Assembly (NCBI GenBank): GCA_040357565.1
Contig: JBDODJ010000077.1
From: Cercozoa sp. M6MM
Lineage: Eukaryota > Protista > Endomyxa: Ascetosporea
Reading direction: 5' to 3' (one strand)
DNA length: 54,191 bases
Shown here in pieces: positions 49,744-54,191 of this stretch. Both the position numbers and the translations under genes were made by a program. The notes below the pieces were generated by a model. The model did no database searches. It had not been told where the DNA came from and was given only the letters and a program-made list of their open reading frames with translations. The first letter of the stretch is position 1. Each line of letters starts with the position of its first letter.

Positions 49744-52700
49744 ATGGAGGACTCCTCTAGTGGCAGTGCTAGTGGGGGAGGCCTGTTTGGCGCGTTCACA
49801 AGTTTTGGTGAGTCTATTCTGCACTCTCTGACACTGGCTGACGGACTGACTGACTGACTGATTGCCGTAGTGAATGGCGTCGTCGCAGAGGCCGAAGAAG
49901 AAGAGCGGCAAGGAGAGCAGCCGAATGTTGCGGCGACGCGCATTCCGTCCGCTGTGCCGGGCAGCGAGCACAGCAGTGAGCACTCCTCTCGCACCTCGTC
50001 CACCACGCCACAGCTCGGCGCTCGCGGCCTCTTCCGCAGCAGCTCCGAGGCCGAGAAGGTGCCGCACACTCAATTCAATCAGTTGTCGGACTGTGTGCAC
50101 TGAGTTACTCTTTTCTGCTGCTGCTATATTGCTTGCCTACAGGAACTGCACGACGAGGCCAAGGCGGCGGCCGACGCTGCCGTCAAGCGAAGTGCCATGT
50201 CGCCGCAGTCGTCACACTCGGTCAACCCGCAGACTGACACCTTCCTCGTGAGCTCTACTTAGCTTCTCGAATTAACTTGTGTCCGTGTACTCTCGTGTAC
50301 TATGTTAGCAGACGCAACTCGAACGCGAGCAGGAGAAACTCCGCGAACAGCTGCGTCAGGTAGAGCTTTCTCTCTTTGAGGATCCCTCCCTGACTGAGTG
50401 TATCATTTCCCTGTGTGTCCTCCCTCCCACAGAAGAGCGAAAGCGAGCGCTTGCTGCAGGAGCGCGTCGCAGAACTCGAGAACTCGCTGCTGCAGTCAAA
50501 TAAACGCCGCGATGAGGACCGAGAAGGTGCCTCCAGTTTTACACACTGTGTGTCTGTGTCTGTGTTTGTGTCTGTGTCTGTGTCTGTGTCTGTGTCTGTG
50601 TGTAATGCGAACTGACCTTGCAGCCGACAAGCTCTCTCTGATCGAGCAGAAGAACATCACGAAGCGAGTCATCGAGGATCGCGACAGTGTGGTGTGTTTG
50701 CTCTGTTCCCGCCTCTCCCCGCACTTTGAGTACTGACACCTGACAGGTGGCCCAACTCAAGCACGAGAGTCTGCAGGAGGCTGCGCGTCTCGAAGAGCGA
50801 ATCGAAGTGCTCACCGCCGAGAAAGAACTGCTGGAGCGACGCAACCTACAGCTTGAGGTACGATATATTACTTAATATATATATATATATATAGAGGGTG
50901 TGCGCGCGCGCGTGTGTGTGTGAGTGTGTGAGTGTGTGTATGTGTATGTGTGTGGATGTGTATGTGTGTGAGTGTGTGTGTGTGTGTGGAGTACACTCGT
51001 GTGTACGTAGCAGACAGAGACGCAGTCGGCCACGTCGGACATGTCGCAGCAGGTGAGGCACATGACGGAGCAGGCGCAGGCGCTACAGACGAAGCTGCAC
51101 GCGCTCAAACGAGAAAACGTTGAGCTGCGCCAAAGTGGCGACAAGCTGCGCGACAGCAACGCCACGCTGGAGAAGAGTCAGCACGAGATGCAGGGTACAC
51201 TCCCTACATCTCAGACTATCACTATATTTATATACTATTTATGTATAGTATAGTATAGTATAGTATATATATGTGTGTGTGTATGTGTGCATGGGCAGTC
51301 ACAATGACGCAGCAGCGCTCGATGAACGAGCAGCTCACGCAGAGCAACGAGTCGCTCTCGGAGCAGATCTCGCAGCTGAGCCAGGTACTCCTTGTCTGCT
51401 TGTGTCTGTCTATATGTTGTGTGTGTGTGTGTGTCCCTGTGTACGAGTGTGACTGCAGCAACGCAACGAGCAGCAGCAGCGACTGGAGCAAGCACTGCGC
51501 AGCAACAAACAGCTGCAGCTGCAGCTCGACGCAGCACAGCAGATGCAGCAGCTGGCACAGCAGGTACGCTCTGTCTGTCCATCTGTCTCTGTGTCCATCT
51601 ATTCCTGTGTTCATCTGTCCCAACAGTCCGAGGGACAGCAGGTCGAAACACTCACGAAACAACTGAACGAAGAACGCATCCGCGCGGAAGCTTTCGCACG
51701 CGACAACACGACACTCAAGGTGCCTGTTTGTTTGTCTGCCTGCCTGTGTTCTCAATTCACATGTGTGTGCGTGCAGGAGGAGAAGTCGCAGCTGCAGCTG
51801 CAGCTCGCCGAGGCTCAGCAGACGCACCAGCAGCAGCTCGAGTCGCTGTCTAACAAGCTCGCTCAGGCCGAGAGCAACATCGCCAGTCTGCAGGTGTGCA
51901 TCGGCCTGTGTCTACCGCTACCCCGCCACTGATCCCCTAGTGACCCTTCCCCCCACTCTCACAGGACAGCAACATGCGACTGCAGCAGGAGAAGAACGAC
52001 GTCGCGCAGCAGTACGACAAGGAGGTGCCTGTCTTGCGGCAGCAACTTGCCCACGCCGAGGCAGCCGCTACTGCCGCCGAGATGGCCAAGACTGTCCTGC
52101 AGGTAGGCACTGTCTGTCTTTATGTTTGTGTGTGCCTGTGTCTGTGTCTGTGTGTGTATGGGTATCTGGGCGTGTACACCAACACATGGACAGAAGGAGA
52201 ACGAGAGTCTGCACGCCAAACTTGGCGAACTCAACCAGGCGAATCAGGAGATTGAACAGCGATACCTCAGCCTCAAGGTGCGGAACACAGAAACACAAAC
52301 ACATATGCATATGTACAAAGACATACATATAAATATATATATATATATATATAAATATAAAGATACAAAGATGTTGAAAGACAGATGTGTGTTTTCTCTG
52401 AGCCTCTGCAGACTGACCAGAAGCAGGTCGAGCACGAGAACCAAGAGTTACAGCAGCGCATCAACATCTTGTCCGAGGCCTCGCAGGAGAGTGCCGATCA
52501 GGTGCAGGTGCTGCCATTTGCTCTTACCCCTCACCTCGTGGGGCCGGGGCCCCCCCCCCCCATGTGGACAGGCCACGGTGCTCGAGTTGCAGAACCTGCG
52601 CGCGCAGTTGAACGAACTCAACGTGGCCGAGTCCAGCGCTGCGGTATGCCATTTTACACGGCATATCTATATACATATATATATGTATATATGGTTATAT

Positions 52701-53509
52701 ACATGTATATGAATATGTGGTGTGCAGGGTGCACAGGAGGAACTCGATAATTTACGTCAGAAGCACGCGCGACTTGAGTCGGCGCTGCAGCAGGTACACT
52801 TTGTGTTTACCCCCTACCATTGTACATGTATATATATATATATATATATCTGTACGTATGTATATGTATGCATACAATACAGACAGATGTCTGTGAGTGT
52901 GTTGTGTGTGTGTGTGTACAGAGAGAGCAGGACTGCCAGCAACTGGAGCAGCAGTACTCCTTGCTGACGCAGCAGCTGACGCAGGCGGCGCAGACACTCG
53001 AACGCGCCGACGAAGACGCCGGCGTCGTCGCTGCCGTCGTCGACGCCTTCCGCAGCAAGGTGTGTCCTTAGCCCCCACTGTTACCCTACCCTTACCCCCT
53101 CCCTAGATGCAAGCGATAGTCGACAGCAACGAGGCGGAGAAGTCGAAGCTAAAGAAGGCACTCATCAAGGTGAAGACGGGCTACGACGCTCTCTTGGCCA
53201 AGTGCAAGGTATAAACCCCTCCTTGTCTGGATCTCTTATATATACGTATATATGCCTACTGTGCGTTAATGTGTTCGCGTTGGTGTGTGCAGGAACTGCA
53301 GTCGCAGCTGCAGCAACCGTCTACTCTCTCCGACGACGAGGCCAAGCTGGTACACATGCACACACATATGTATATATATACGCATATATATGTATATGTA
53401 TATAATATTGATGTTCAACAGGTGCAGGAGGCCAAGAAACTGCGTGTGCTCGTGGAGCGTATGCAGGAGGTACCACACACATACACGCCCCTATGTCTAG
53501 ATATATATG

Positions 53510-53542
<33 letters not shown>

Positions 53543-54191
53543 GTATATATCTACACCTACCCCTGCAGTCCATCAAGGAGCACAAGGAGGAGTCTGACCT
53601 TCTGCGACAGCAGCTGACTGCCGCACAGACGGAGGTATGCCTTACACCTACCCATCTATCCACCTACCTATCGACCCACCTACACATCTATTCACCTACC
53701 CACCTATCCACTTACCCGCCTGTCCCTCTACCCACCTACCCACCCCACTGTACACAGGCGGCGCAGACCAGGTCGCAGCTGGAAACTGCGGCGTCGCAAC
53801 AACAGCAGCAGCACGCCGAGCAGGTGACTCTCCTGACACGCCAGGTCGAGCAGCTGCAGCAACAACAACAAGAACAACTGCAACAACAGAAGGAACTACA
53901 GAAGGAACAACTGCAACAACAGAAGGAACAACTGCAACAACAGAAGGAACAAGACGACGCCGAACTCGCCGAGCTGCGCCAGCAGGTTCTGCAGCTACAG
54001 GTATACCCTTACCCCTTACCCCTTACCCCTTACCCCTACTCCCTCCCTCCCCCACACCCTGGTAGGAGCAAGTGCAGAAGCTCGAAGAGGAACAGCGCGA
54101 TGCGGAGGCCGAGTACCGCATCACGGCCGATGAGTGTGACCGTCTGCGCAAAGGTTGGCTCTTCTTACCTCCACCCCCTTACCCCCTACCC
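49744..54191 (+). CDS. Long Gln/Glu-rich coiled-coil protein (golgin- or centrosome-like), multi-exon, runs off the window
   Basis: MEDSSSGSASGGGLFGAFTSF.. followed by more than 20 short exons of heptad-rich sequence (LLQERVAELENSLLQ, LQTKLHALKRENVELRQ, LHAKLGELNQANQEIEQ), mostly joined by phase-0 introns. Confidence 0.75.

Noticed and set aside
2439-54065. Many ORF-track proteins rich in [17 protein letters not shown] or LSLSLS
   Set aside because: They are translations of intronic microsatellites, not real Cys- or His-rich proteins.
1-54191. Transposase, reverse transcriptase, viral, tRNA or rRNA genes
   Set aside because: No supporting motifs seen on either strand by eye.

Overview
Eukaryotic, intron-rich genomic DNA, probably from a protist; the lineage cannot be assigned from this window. 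The six-frame ORF track is mostly uninformative because genes are split by many short GT-AG introns, often filled with microsatellites. Manual splicing gives about 14 densely packed genes: an SPFH/band-7 protein (runs off the left end), a degenerate PDE-like protein, SRAP/HMCES, two unknown proteins, a 4-TM protein, a Nup85-like protein, a complete midasin (MDN1/Rea1, about 50 exons), an EDC4/Ge-1/VARICOSE-like protein, proteasome beta-3, a mitochondrial carrier, a MOB1-like protein, CKS1, and a long coiled-coil protein (runs off the right end). The most interesting signals are non-coding: (1) an atypical 5' splice-site consensus (GTAC.., +4A almost absent, +5G near background) together with sense-strand UG-repeat introns; (2) two longer, repeat-free introns that appear to host structured box C/D-type RNAs, one with a compensated non-canonical C/D motif; (3) an intron carrying a perfect 25-nt antisense copy of its upstream exon; (4) an orphan 113-nt intergenic hairpin. 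All exon structures and counts are by eye, with no database searches or folding software.
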